NCBI RefSeq assembly: GCF_009914755.1
Contig: NC_060938.1
Strand: one strand, 5' to 3'
DNA: 64,000 nucleotides
DNA from: the human T2T-CHM13v2.0 reference genome, Homo sapiens
In this document: piece by piece, positions 53,516-64,000 of the stretch
How the letters are laid out: each line of letters starts with the position of its first letter
Position numbering within the stretch: position 1 is the stretch's first letter
Position numbers and translations under genes: made by a program
The notes under the pieces: generated by a model
What the model was told of the DNA's origin: nothing
Seen by the model: the letters and a program-made list of their open reading frames with translations, nothing else
Databases searched by the model: none

Positions 53516-53792
53516 ATTATAATAACTGGTTTCAACCAATAAACATTTACTTCTGACATAAAGATGGAATCCCCTTTGATGAAGGGTAAATTCTTGAACA
53601 AATTTGTTATTCTGTTTATAAGGAAAAAATAAATAAGACATGAATATTTATTTAAAAAGCAAGAGAATGTAATATAATTTGTTTACTATTTGCTTAATTT
53701 CTTTCACTCCTTTTCTTTCATTCAAATCTACAGACTTCTCTATCTTCACTGCCATGATGCTAGTCAAAAAATACTAATATTGTTACTGGAAA
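53516..53792 (+). repeat. Local direct duplication B, copy 2
   Basis: Matches 50347-50617 including the terminal TGTTACTGGAAA. Confidence 0.93.
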
Positions 53793-56700
53793 AAAAAACT
53801 ATACACATATAGCTTTTTAGCTGAATATATTGCTGATAATGTACGGACCTGTTACAGAGGAAGAAACAGAAGACAGAGAAGGCAACTAGAAAGCTTTACA
53901 ACATAAGTCTCACTATTCATAGTTATGTATTTGTGTGATAACAATGTTTGTTTTCCACTTCACAGTACAGCTCATGGAGGGGGCCTCTATCCTGGCATCT
54001 AACTCATAGGAGAGAATAAATATTTGTTGAATGAATGAATGAATTTGCCTATCTATTACATAATATTTTCCTCAGTATCAACTCTCACTTGTTCTTGTAA
54101 TTTGAGTCATATAAAGCCACTTGTTGGATGGTTCTGAAAACTGGACAACATGGATTGTATGAGATTTAGCCAATACAGATATAACTACATCTTCCTTTTA
54201 ATAAAAGACTCTGACAAAAAATTCATGTAAAGACATTTCATAGTTCAACTGAAATATATGCAAATGTTCCAGCATCTAGAAAGTACCTGACCCACTCTCA
54301 ACTGCTTTGGCACTCCAAGTCCGTCTTACATTAATATTCATATTGGGTTTCAAGAGAGGCATTTTGCTAAGTTTAGAACCTGCAATAACTCATGAGCTAA
54401 AAAAAAAAAAAAATTTAATCAAGCACTAAACTTTGTGGACCCAGTTCATTTACCCTTGGCAGAATGCAGCTTCCAACAGAACAGCTTATATAGCTGATTA
54501 TAAAAGCTATAAGAGTTCCCAGGACAGACGATGAGTCCAAGAAAGAAAACATCCCAGTAGTGATCTGATTATTTAACTGTTGAAGACTGAGATGTGTAAT
54601 AACAGATGTTCCTTCCTCCAAAAGCAATTTTAAAAGCCAGATGGAAAAATAACATGAGACAACCATATTCTTCAATTTAACAAATTTCAGGTCCAGTTGA
54701 GAAGAATTTGGGTGAGGATAGGCATAAAACACTAGTCAAGGATCTTTTCAAAAATACAGAATTATAATGTCATATGCATAGCATTCTGCTGGGGACTAGA
54801 CAGCTCATGCAGCCACAATGTTTATATTATTCTGGCTCAAAATGATATCTTTGCTTTAATTTATGTACTAACTAAAGAGAGTCTGGAGGTCACCACCCAA
54901 CTACTCGTGAAGAGAGGGGTTGACAAAGGAAATGACATAATTTCTGCCAATGTAAAGCCGGTAATTTGACAGGGTCACTTTTATCTTCCTCATCTTAAAA
55001 TACTTGCACATCTTAGGTAATGAAAAGAGAACCACCGCCAGAGAGAGTCTGAACCATGAATATCAATGAAAAGGAAGAAACAAAATGAAATAAACAAAAT
55101 AAATACACTGCCCCAACAAAGAAACTCACATTCAGCAAGTCCAGTACACTGTGTGCTCCTTAGATTTCAGGCATCATGGGGGCTACAGCAGTGGATAAAA
55201 CAAACATGGTTCCTATGCGCAGGACTTCATATCTTCAGAGGAATAAAGCCCAGAACCACCTGATTTGCAGTTGACATGTTTCATTCATTAGCATAGTGTA
55301 TTTAAAACAAGAAAATGATGAAGATAATCATGATAATAATAAAACAACTAATCAGTTGCTGATGGAAACTGCTTCCCTATTGCCCTGGAAGGGTGGACTT
55401 GAAAACTAAACACCTCATTCATTAAAGAGCTTAAGCCTCAATAGCATAAGTACATGCATAAGGACCCAAATTCTTGTCCTTGTTGGGCTGTGTCAGATTT
55501 TATTAATTTCAATTCTTAACACCATTTTGGGATACACCGACTTTGTTCATGTGTCTTCTTCAAGGTAAGCTGAATAAGTAGAGCAAACTGACAGGACCCC
55601 AGTTTGCTGAGGCCAAGTTGGCATGCTGGGAGCATCCACCAGCAAACCTCACAGAGCTGCTGGGGACAGAGTATTCTTTTGTTCCACATAGGATTTTCTA
55701 ACATTGTCTAACTTTATTTTCTGTTGACAGAAGCTGCTATATATCATCACTTTATTAAAGTCATAAAAAAAGAACAATTTTGTGTACTCCATGGGTTCTT
55801 TATTCAGTCATTTTCAGACGCCAGGTTGTTCCATAAAAAGGACTAGATGAACCGTGTTTTTGTCACAGATGCCATATTTTCAGAGGGGGTTGTACAGGCC
55901 CACCCCATAGGCAATAAGCCATAACATACATTACTCACACAAAGACCACAACAGAAGACTAGAATGACATTGCTTTTTAATTTTTAGATGAACCAATGTG
56001 CAACAAGATATATCTCATGTTGAACAACCCAGTGCTATGATATAGGTCACCTAGGCTCATGTTCGAAACTCCAGCAGTATTGAGAGAAATAATAAATTCT
56101 TGCCAGGAAGATGAAGTTAGCATAATTTTTCCCTTTGTGTGGAAACAAAAATGGAAAGAAGCTAAATATAATACTTCAAAAAATAAAATTCACAATATTC
56201 TATAACAAAACTAGAAAAATGTAAGGAAATTTTTGGCTTATTCCAGTTTTCACAATCCACCACATAGAACAGAAATTATAATTTGAATAGAAAGTAGTAT
56301 CTCTCTCAGTTTTCAAGAATATACTTCTTGTCAATGCAAAAGTACTGCTTGCAGAAATTTTAAATACCGCTTTTAGTAATAGGGTTGGCTGACAGCATGA
56401 AAGGCCCTTTCTGTGAGGAGAATTTATTGGTTTAACACAATTAGCTGATATATTTTCTCTCTGTTCCCGTAGCTGAATGTGGCCCATCCTATCAATACAT
56501 ATTTCGGTCTACTGTTTTCACATTTTCTGAAAAAATCTGTTGGACTAGCATACTTTAAAATCAAGATCTGTTATTATTTCTCTCGTATTTACTAGACAGT
56601 CAACTCTAGCCATTTTTTTTTTCTGAATCATCAGAAAAACAGATTTTGAGGCTTGTAGACTCACTATAATGACATCATTTCAGAATCATCATTATAGAAT

Positions 56701-56878
56701 GAAGAATGTCCAGTTCTCCAGAGATAATAAGGACACTACTTTGCCATGAATTCAGGATAAAAGTACTTGGAATGGTCATTGTGATTTAAAATTACAAGAA
56801 CTGTTAATTTACAATGATATCACTGGAAAATATATATCAAGCTAAAAAATGCCGATAGGTGTTTAAAATTAGAAAAAG

Positions 56879-57185
56879 GGCTGGGAGCAGGAGTGCATGC
56901 CTATAATGCCAACACTTTGGGAGGCTGAGGCAGGAGCATCGCTTGAGCCCAGGAGTTAAAGACAAGGCTGGGCAATAAAGTGAAACCCCTGTCTCTACAA
57001 AAAATTAAAAAAAAAATTGCCTGGGCAAGGTGGTACACGCCTGCATTTCCAGCTACTGGGGAGCCTAAGGCGAGAGTATTGCTTGAGGTGGGGAGATTGA
57101 AGTTACAGTGAGCCATGATCCTACCACTGCATTCTGGCCTGAGTGACAGAGTAAGACCCTGTCTCAGGAAAAAAGAAAATAAAAA
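56879..57185 (+). mobile_element. AluJ (Jo-like) SINE
   Basis: GCTTGAGCCCAGGAG, AGACCCTGTCTC, diverged dimer with A-tail. Confidence 0.9.
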
Positions 57186-57581
57186 GCCTGCATCTCACCT
57201 CCTTTGATCACAGTCTTTTTATTTTTGGTGCTAATATCTAGAAAGAACAGTTTGTTTAGAGCAAACTGGGTGGAGCTTAATTATTACATTTGCAAAACAT
57301 ACAAACACAATTTTTTCTTCCTGACAAATTTTAGCCATTAGAATATCTGACTGATAAAATTAATAGTCATTATTTGCATAATTCATGGAACATTGACGTA
57401 TCTCTTTAGGGAAAGTAAGTCATGGGCATAAAATCCAGGTTAAGTGATGGTGCTGTGCTTTAAATGGATTCACAGTTTGACTGGGAAAAGTAAACTTTAT
57501 CAAGAAAAACAAAATTTTCAAAGCTTACCTGTGCTGAAGGGATTCAATACAAGTGAAGTAATGAAGACTAGGACTAGAGAT

Positions 57582-58192
57582 TGTGAACCCACAATCTATA
57601 TCTGAGACAGGTCTCAGTCAATTTAGAAAGTATATCTTGCCAAGGTCAGGGATGTGCCCCTGACCCAGCCTCAGGGGGTCCTGACATGTGTTCATGGTGG
57701 TTGGGGCACAGCTTGGTTTTATACATTTTAGGGAGACATGAAACATCACTCAATATATGTAAGACGTTCATTGGTTTGATCCGGAAAGGCGGGATAGCTC
57801 AAAGCGGGGAGGGGGCTTCCAGGTCATAGGTAGATAAGAGACAAAGGGTTGCATTACTTTGAGTTTTTGATTAGCCTTTCACAGAATATACAATTTATAG
57901 GAAAAGTCACTGATACCTTAGTCTGGCTTAGTGAAACAGTAGGGCAAAAGAGGCAATCAGATATGCATTTGTCTCACATTGAGCAGAGGGATGACTTTGA
58001 GCTCTGTCTTTCCTTTGTCCACAGGGAATTTCCTCATGGGCAAATTGTGAGGGCAGTATGTAGCTTTTAAAATCTTTGTAGCTATCTTATTTAGGAATGG
58101 AATGGGAGACAGTTTTGCCCAGTGTAGTTCCCAGCTTGATTTTCCCTTTGGCTTAGTAATTTTGGGGTTGCGAGATTTATTTCCCTTTCACA
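57582..58192 (-). mobile_element. MER4A/MER4A1 ERV1 solo LTR
   Basis: Minus strand TGTGAAAGGGAAATAAATCTCG...; perfect TSD AGAT (57578-57581 / 58193-58196). Confidence 0.88.
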
Positions 58193-58279
58193 AGATGGTA
58201 GGTAGGTATAGCTTGTAATCAGGAAAGGTAGACAGAAGTGTTACCCACCCAGACTTATTGGAGGAGATAACTAGATATT

Positions 58280-59015
58280 TTAAATAAAATTTTTATTAAA
58301 ATGATGTAGATTCACATGCTGTTGCAAAATAATAGATTTCTTGTGTACTTTTCCACTTTTTCCTAATGATAGTTCTTTGCAAAAAACTATAGTATAATAC
58401 AACGTTAACATTGATACAATCAATGATTTTATTCAGATTTCCTCAGTTTTCTCTGTACTTTTGTGTAGATTAAGCTCTATACAGCTTTGTCACATGTATA
58501 GGTTCATGTATCCATTACCAGTGTAAAGGTAACAAATAGTTCCCATGCCACAAAATCCCTTCTCTTGCCCTTTAATTACCACACACACCCACTCTCTGTT
58601 CCCATCCACAAATCATGTCAATCACCGATCTGTCCTCTCTTAAATGTTGTCATTTCAAAATTTTGTATAACAGGAATTATATAGTATTTAATCTTTTGAG
58701 ATTGAGGTGTTTTTATGCTACATAATTCCCTAGAGATTTATTCATGTTGGGTGACACTGCTGTCGTGTGTTTCAGTAGGTCATTCCTTTTAATTGCTAAG
58801 TGGTAGTCGATGGCATGAATATACCACAGTTATTTCACCTGTTGAAGGACATTTTGGGTGATTCCAAGTCTTGGATATTACAAATAAAGCTATTATAAAC
58901 ATTCTTGTACAGATTTTTTGTGTGAACATAGTTTTCATTTTGAGGGATAAACGCTTGAAAATGTAATTGCTGGGTTATATGGGTAACTGCATGTTTAGTT
59001 TCTTTTTATAAGGGA
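58280..59015 (-). mobile_element. L1MC1/2-like 3' end
   Basis: GTAGATTCACATGC...ACATTGATACAATC...TTATTCAGATTTCCTCAGTTTT. Confidence 0.8.
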
Positions 59016-59095
59016 AGTGGATTTTTAATTTACATGAAGAGCACTGTGTTTCCTATATTTAGTTCTTATATCAATAACTAAAGAAAACTCCCTGG

Positions 59096-59348
59096 GGCCT
59101 GGCAGTGTGGCTCATGCCCATAAACCCGGCACTTTGGGAGGCCAAGGTAGGAGGATTGCTTGAGCCCAGGAGTTTGAAACTATTCTCAACAACATAGTGA
59201 GACCTTGCCCCTACCAAAAAACAAAACAAAACAAAACACACGAAAGAAAGAGAGAGAGAGAAAGAGGAAGGAAAGAGGAAAGAAAGAAAGAAAGAAAGAA
59301 GAAAAGAAGGAAGGAAGAAAGGAAGGAAAGAAAGAAAGAAAGAAAGAG
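59096..59348 (+). mobile_element. FLAM/AluJ monomer whose tail has expanded into a GA-rich repeat
   Basis: Single monomer 59096-59215, (AAAAC)n then purine tract; TSD AAAGAAAACTCCCTGG / AAAGAAAATCCTGG. Confidence 0.85.
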
Positions 59349-59449
59349 AAAGAAAATCCTGGTGCTGTCATTAAGCAGTGAAAATCACAAACATTTTTGG
59401 GATTTTAATGGAAGTTTCAGATGATCTCATCAGGAAAAACATCATCACC

Positions 59450-59640
59450 ACAATTATTTAGTTTCACTAAATCTGTGTTGCACACTATTTTAAGAGTCTC
59501 TATACATTAACTCAGTTGATTCTTAACACAACATCAATATATAGGAACCTGAGGCACAGGGACATTAAGCACCTAAGGTCACAAAGCTAGTATACGGCAG
59601 AGCCATGATCCAAACCTAGGCACTGTTATTTCAGAGTCCA
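59450..59640 (-). mobile_element. MIR SINE
   Basis: GGAACCTGAGGCACAGGG...AAGGTCACAAAGCTAGT...GGCAGAGCC. Confidence 0.7.
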
Positions 59641-59699
59641 AACAAACATCCCAAACAGCATATTGAAATCAATTTCAGGTATATCTCTACACCTCAGTG

Positions 59700-61175
59700 G
59701 ACTTTATTGAGATGTATTTCATATACCATAAAATGTACCGATTAAAAAGATACAGTTTGGTGTTTTGGAACATACTGGGTTGTACACCATCACTACAATA
59801 TAATTTTAGAACATTTTTGACTCTCCGACAACACTCCAAAACAAAACCCTGTGCACATTAGCAGTCAGTCCCCATTCCCCTTCTCCACTCCCCCACTTCC
59901 AGCCTCAGGCAACTGCTAATCTGCTTTCTGTCTCTACGGATTTGCCTAGTCTGGACATTTCACATAAATGGAACCATACAATACAATATTTGGTCCTCTG
60001 TGACTGGCTTCTTTCCCTTAACATGATGTTTTCAAGGTTCATCCATGCTGTCACGTGTGTTGGTACTTTTTTATTGCTTAATACTCTTTGATGTAGGATT
60101 ATACCACATTTTACTCATCTGTTCATTAATGACCATTTTGGTTGGTTTTACTCTTCGGCTATTATAAATAATGCTACTATGAACATTCACTTTTGAGTTA
60201 ATACATAGATATATGTTTTCATTTATTGTGGGTATATACTCAGGAGTAGAATTGCTAGGTCATAAGGGAACTTATGGAACATATGGGAGCTGTCAACACT
60301 TATATTGTCCTTTATATATTTTAGCCACCTTAGTGTATCTCAGTGTGGTTTGATTTGCATTTTCCTAATTATTATTGAGGTTAAGAATCTTTTTAATGTG
60401 TTTTTTGATTCTTTGTGTATCTTCAGAGAAATGTCTTTTCAAAACCATTGCCTATTTTCTAATTGGTTGTCATTATATTGCTGAGTTGTACAGGTTTTTT
60501 AGGTATTCTAGATAAAAGTCCCTTGTCAAATATGTCAATTATATTTTCTCCCATTCTGCCAGTTTTTTTTTCTTTCTTAATGGTTGCTAGATAAAAGTTT
60601 TAATTTTAATGAAGTTCAATTCATCAATTTTTCTCTTGTCACTTTTGCTTTTTGAGTCATATCTAATAAACCATTGCCTAACCCAGGGTCACAATGATTT
60701 GCTCCTGTTTAATTTTTAGGAGTTTTAGTTATTTGTTCTTAAAGTTCAATTTGTTATCTATTTGTAGTTAAGTTTTTGTATGATTGAGGTGGGTTCCAAA
60801 TCCATTCTTTTTTATGTGCATATCCAGTTGTTCCATCATATTTGTTGAAGAGATTATCCTTTTTCCATTGAATTGTTTTGACAATCTTGTCAAAAATCAA
60901 CTGTTCATAAATGTGTGGGTTTATTTCTGAACCCTCAATTCTATTCCATTGATCTACATATCTATCTTTATGCCAGTACCACACTATCTTGATTATTATA
61001 ACTTGGTAGTAACCGTGAAATTTGCAAGTTTGAATCTGCATCTGGGTTCTGTTCTTTTTTCTTTTTTCAAGATTGTTTTGAGTATACTGGATCACTTGCA
61101 TTTCTTATACGTTTTATTATCAGTTTCTCTATTTTTGCAAACAAAGCAAATCAAACAACCCAGCTGGGATTTTGA
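59700..61175 (-). mobile_element. L1MB-type LINE-1 3' portion
   Basis: L1MB 3'UTR; ORF2-like peptide 60754-61101 (VWYWHKDRYVDQWNRIE..LIFDK). Confidence 0.85.
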
Positions 61176-61202
61176 TGAATCAAATCCCACTTGAAAATAA
61201 AT

Positions 61203-61326
61203 TGGGCCTAGGGAGCGGCTGAAATGTTTGATGCCCCAATAGTAAGATAGTCAAAATTGTGTTATGCTTGTCTTCATGGAAAACCTAAAATTGAGGTTTA
61301 CATTCAATTTAAAATGGAAAGAACAT
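61203..61326 (+). repeat. Local direct duplication C, copy 1 (copy 2 at 61976-62101)
   Basis: About 9 mismatches in about 121 bp versus 61976-62096. Confidence 0.96.
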
Positions 61327-61975
61327 CTGAATCAAATCCCAGCTGGGTTGTTTTGTTGTAGATTCAACAAAATTAAGTTACTTTGTGTCAAAGGACAAAG
61401 GGACCTTACCCTAGGCAGTTCATTCTTAGTAGAGGTCTAGCTTGTTTTTTCAGACTTTTTTGCTGTAACTGTACCCAAGGTCTCACCGATGCAATTACCC
61501 AGTTGGTGATAAAAAGCACTGTGCTCTGGCTGGTCTCCAGTAAGTCCAACTGTAACACTGATGAGGGACTGGTCACCTCTGAGAAGGACAAGGAGTCCAC
61601 TCCTATCAATTCCTCTATTTCCTTCATTCCTGCCAAAGTTTATAACCTTTCAGAAATTCTATTTAGTTTCTTAGTCCTTGGGCAATATTGAAGTGCTAGG
61701 ATTGTCTGGTTTGAAAGTTGTTTCACAGTCATGTAAAACTCAGGTGCAAATTTGTTACTCAAGATATTCTTACAATATAGCTTGCTTGTCTGGTAAATTA
61801 TTCCTGTAAAATAGATGTGGTTTCTGAACTTATGGAGCTATAGTCTAGTTGGAAAGACATTATATAATTACAGAAGTATGTTGAAACGAACTGATTTTTG
61901 AGGATCCATATTACATCAGATAGGTAAAGACAGGCAAACTTGAGGAGTATTGGTTTGGAAATATACATAGTTATC

Positions 61976-62101
61976 TGGGCCTAGGGAGTGGCTGAAATGT
62001 TTGATGCCCTAATAGTAAGATACTCAAAATTGTGTTACACTTGTCTTCGTTGAAAACCTAAAATTGAGGTTTATATTCAATTTAAAGTGGAAAGAAAACA
62101 T
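61976..62101 (+). repeat. Local direct duplication C, copy 2
   Basis: TGGGCCTAGGGAGTGGCTGAAATG...GGAAAGAA. Confidence 0.96.
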
Positions 62102-62744
62102 GGAAACTGAGCACATCTCAGGGCTTCAGCTTTTTGTGTCATTGTAGATGAATGATAATTCATTGTATTTTGTTTTAGAAAATTGTAGCATAAAATCAAG
62201 GTCCCTTTATCCAAATTCTTAGAGTTCTATTAGTAATTAAATATCTACCCCGTGACTATGTTATTAATTCAGCCTATAACACTGTAACGTAAAAGTGATT
62301 GAAAAGCTGCTAAAATGTACTAGTTAATACAAAATGTAGCTCGGAAGAGAGAAATCTGAATTCCCTTGCAGACATTAGCTTCTTAAGTCTGAGTCACATT
62401 AAATATGGATACATTCAAATCTCTATATTTAAATGTCTGAGTTTTATATTATTTAAATATTTTTCTTTGGCCTATTTCTGTAACTCATCTTCCTCTGACA
62501 TAGGATGATTGGTCATGGGGAATAGATTCAGCTTGTCCATTTGGTACTCTGATGGTGGTCATCTACTGTATTGCCTCTTCCTAAGTCTCTTCACCAAGGA
62601 ATTCCTGCTGTCCCATTCTCACTCCCTGCTTAGGCCCTTTGAGAATTTAGCCTCTTTGAGGACTGAGGAGAATGCTTATGGGTGGATGTGGTAGCCTTGG
62701 TGTCAACAGAGAGTAATAGGCCATAAATAAAAAGCAATGATTTT

Positions 62745-62960
62745 TTAAAGCTAGACAGATCTGGATTCAAGTCATGCCCTGTACCACTGTGCTATCTGGG
62801 TAAACTTGGACAAATTATTCACGCATTCTTGCACTCTGTTTGTTTTAATGTTCAAAATGGAAATAATAATGCTGCTTTCACAAGATTTTTCTTAGGAAGA
62901 TAAAATAGATATGAAGCCATAAGGTAAGAATTAGGTGTTTAGTACATTCCAGTTCCCTTC
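62745..62960 (+). mobile_element. MIR SINE
   Basis: AGACAGATCTGGATTCAAGTC...CTTGGACAAATTA...AAAATGGAAATAATAA. Confidence 0.7.
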
Positions 62961-63015
62961 CATGCCCTTTCTGCTGATATAAACCTAAAGGTACCAACCA
63001 TAGATGAACAGTGGT

Positions 63016-63386
63016 TGCTACAGACTGAATATTTGTATTCCTCCAAAATTTATGCATTGAAACCTAATGCCCAATGTGATGTTATATGGAGGTGGGACAT
63101 GTGGGAAGTGGTTAGGTTATGAGGGCTCCACTCTAATGAATGGGATTAGTGCCCATATAAAAGAGGCTCCAGGGAGTTCTCTTGCCCTACTCTGCCATGA
63201 GAGACTAAAGTGAAGAGACAGTCATCTATGAAGCAGAAAGTGGATTCTCACCAGAAACTGACCATGCTGGCACCCTGATCTTGGATTCCCCAGCTGACAG
63301 AATTGTGAGAAATATATTTCTGTTGTTTATAAGTCACCTACCTAGTCAATAGTGTTTTGCTGTAGCAGCCCAAATGGACTAAGACA
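63016..63386 (+). mobile_element. MLT1A/A0 MaLR solo LTR
   Basis: TGCTACAGACTGAAT...AATGGGATTAGTGCCC...GGACTAAGACA; TSD GTGGT/GCGGT. Confidence 0.88.
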
Positions 63387-63681
63387 GCGGTTAAAAGTAA
63401 TTGCTCAGAAGTCTTCACATTACATGGGGCACTTGACTTTTACACTTAAAAGGAGTGCATTTATTTTTGTAAATCATACTTCAATAAAGCTGATTTCAAA
63501 AAGCGGGGTACTTGAAAGCAAGCTCAACTCAGAATGGCTCTAGATCTCTCCATCGACCTTCTTTTCTCTGTAAGGTATGCACATCATCTTTTTACAAGCA
63601 CTGTGATTTTCTCAGGCAAAGATTGGAGAGTGACTTGTCTACAAAGAATACAAAAGACCTTTTTTCAACTGCTTAGACTCA

Positions 63682-64000
63682 GAGTAGTCTCCCTTTATCC
63701 ACAGGAAATATGTTTCAAGACCCTCAGCAGGTACCTGGAACTATAAATAGTACCAAACCCAAGTGCTGTCAATTGAACACATTTCTGTTTGCCTTCTACC
63801 TTCAAATTTAATGTCTTTTCTATCTTAACTAAGCACTCATCTCACGCTGTGGCCATAACTTTTGTAGTTTGAGGTGTGATGGCAAAAGTAGCCAGCATTT
63901 CTCCTTCTAATTCCTCCTGAATTTATTTCTCCTCCTCTATAATTTCAGAGATAGAAAATTCGTTCTTACTGCAGACCTTAACAACCTCAGCATATGATTT
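63682..64000. mobile_element. Tigger2-family DNA transposon end, runs off the window
   Basis: AGTAGTCTCCCTTTATCCACAGGAAATATGTTTCAAGACCC TIR-like start and ATAGTACCAAACCC. Confidence 0.75.

Larger units (their letters stand above)
51860..53903 (-). mobile_element. MLT1J-like LTR fragmented by several later insertions
   Basis: Pieces at 51860-52042, 52657-52865, 53165-53200 and 53805-53903 are collinear with an MLT1J-type LTR. Confidence 0.6.

Noticed and set aside
55555-57540. Isolated splice donors (AAG|GTAAGC at about 55564 on +; CAG|GTAAGC at about 57529 on -)
   Set aside because: No convincing paired acceptor or ORF; expected by chance.
59186-59424. K/R/E-rich ORF and its antisense
   Set aside because: Translation of the GA-rich Alu tail.

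Overview
Primate (most likely human or other anthropoid) non-coding genomic DNA, AT-rich and dominated by transposable-element fossils. I read about 13 Alu/FLAM copies (J, S and Y classes), several L1 segments (L1PA7-10-like, L1MA, L1MB, L1MC, L1ME), MIR and L2 fragments, MaLR LTRs (MSTB, THE1, MLT1), ERV1 solo LTRs (LTR8, LTR26-like, MER41, MER4A, MER34/39-like), an ERVL-class internal remnant and DNA transposons (Tigger4b, Tigger2-family, MADE1). No host protein-coding gene, RNA gene or CRISPR array can be supported; the recognisable ORFs are L1 ORF1/ORF2, ERVL or Alu read-throughs. I found no convincing new gene system. The best unexplained signal is three separate short (about 120-275 bp) spaced direct duplications with complex junctions that look like locally templated repair insertions. 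One of them sits between two fold-back copies of an L1 end. Also notable are two twin-primed (5'-inverted) L1 insertions, a MADE1 hairpin with symmetric substitutions, and a MER41 LTR that keeps one STAT GAS site inside a dense LTR cluster. Subfamily names come from recalled consensus sequences and mismatch counts are by eye, so both need RepeatMasker/Dfam and alignment confirmation.
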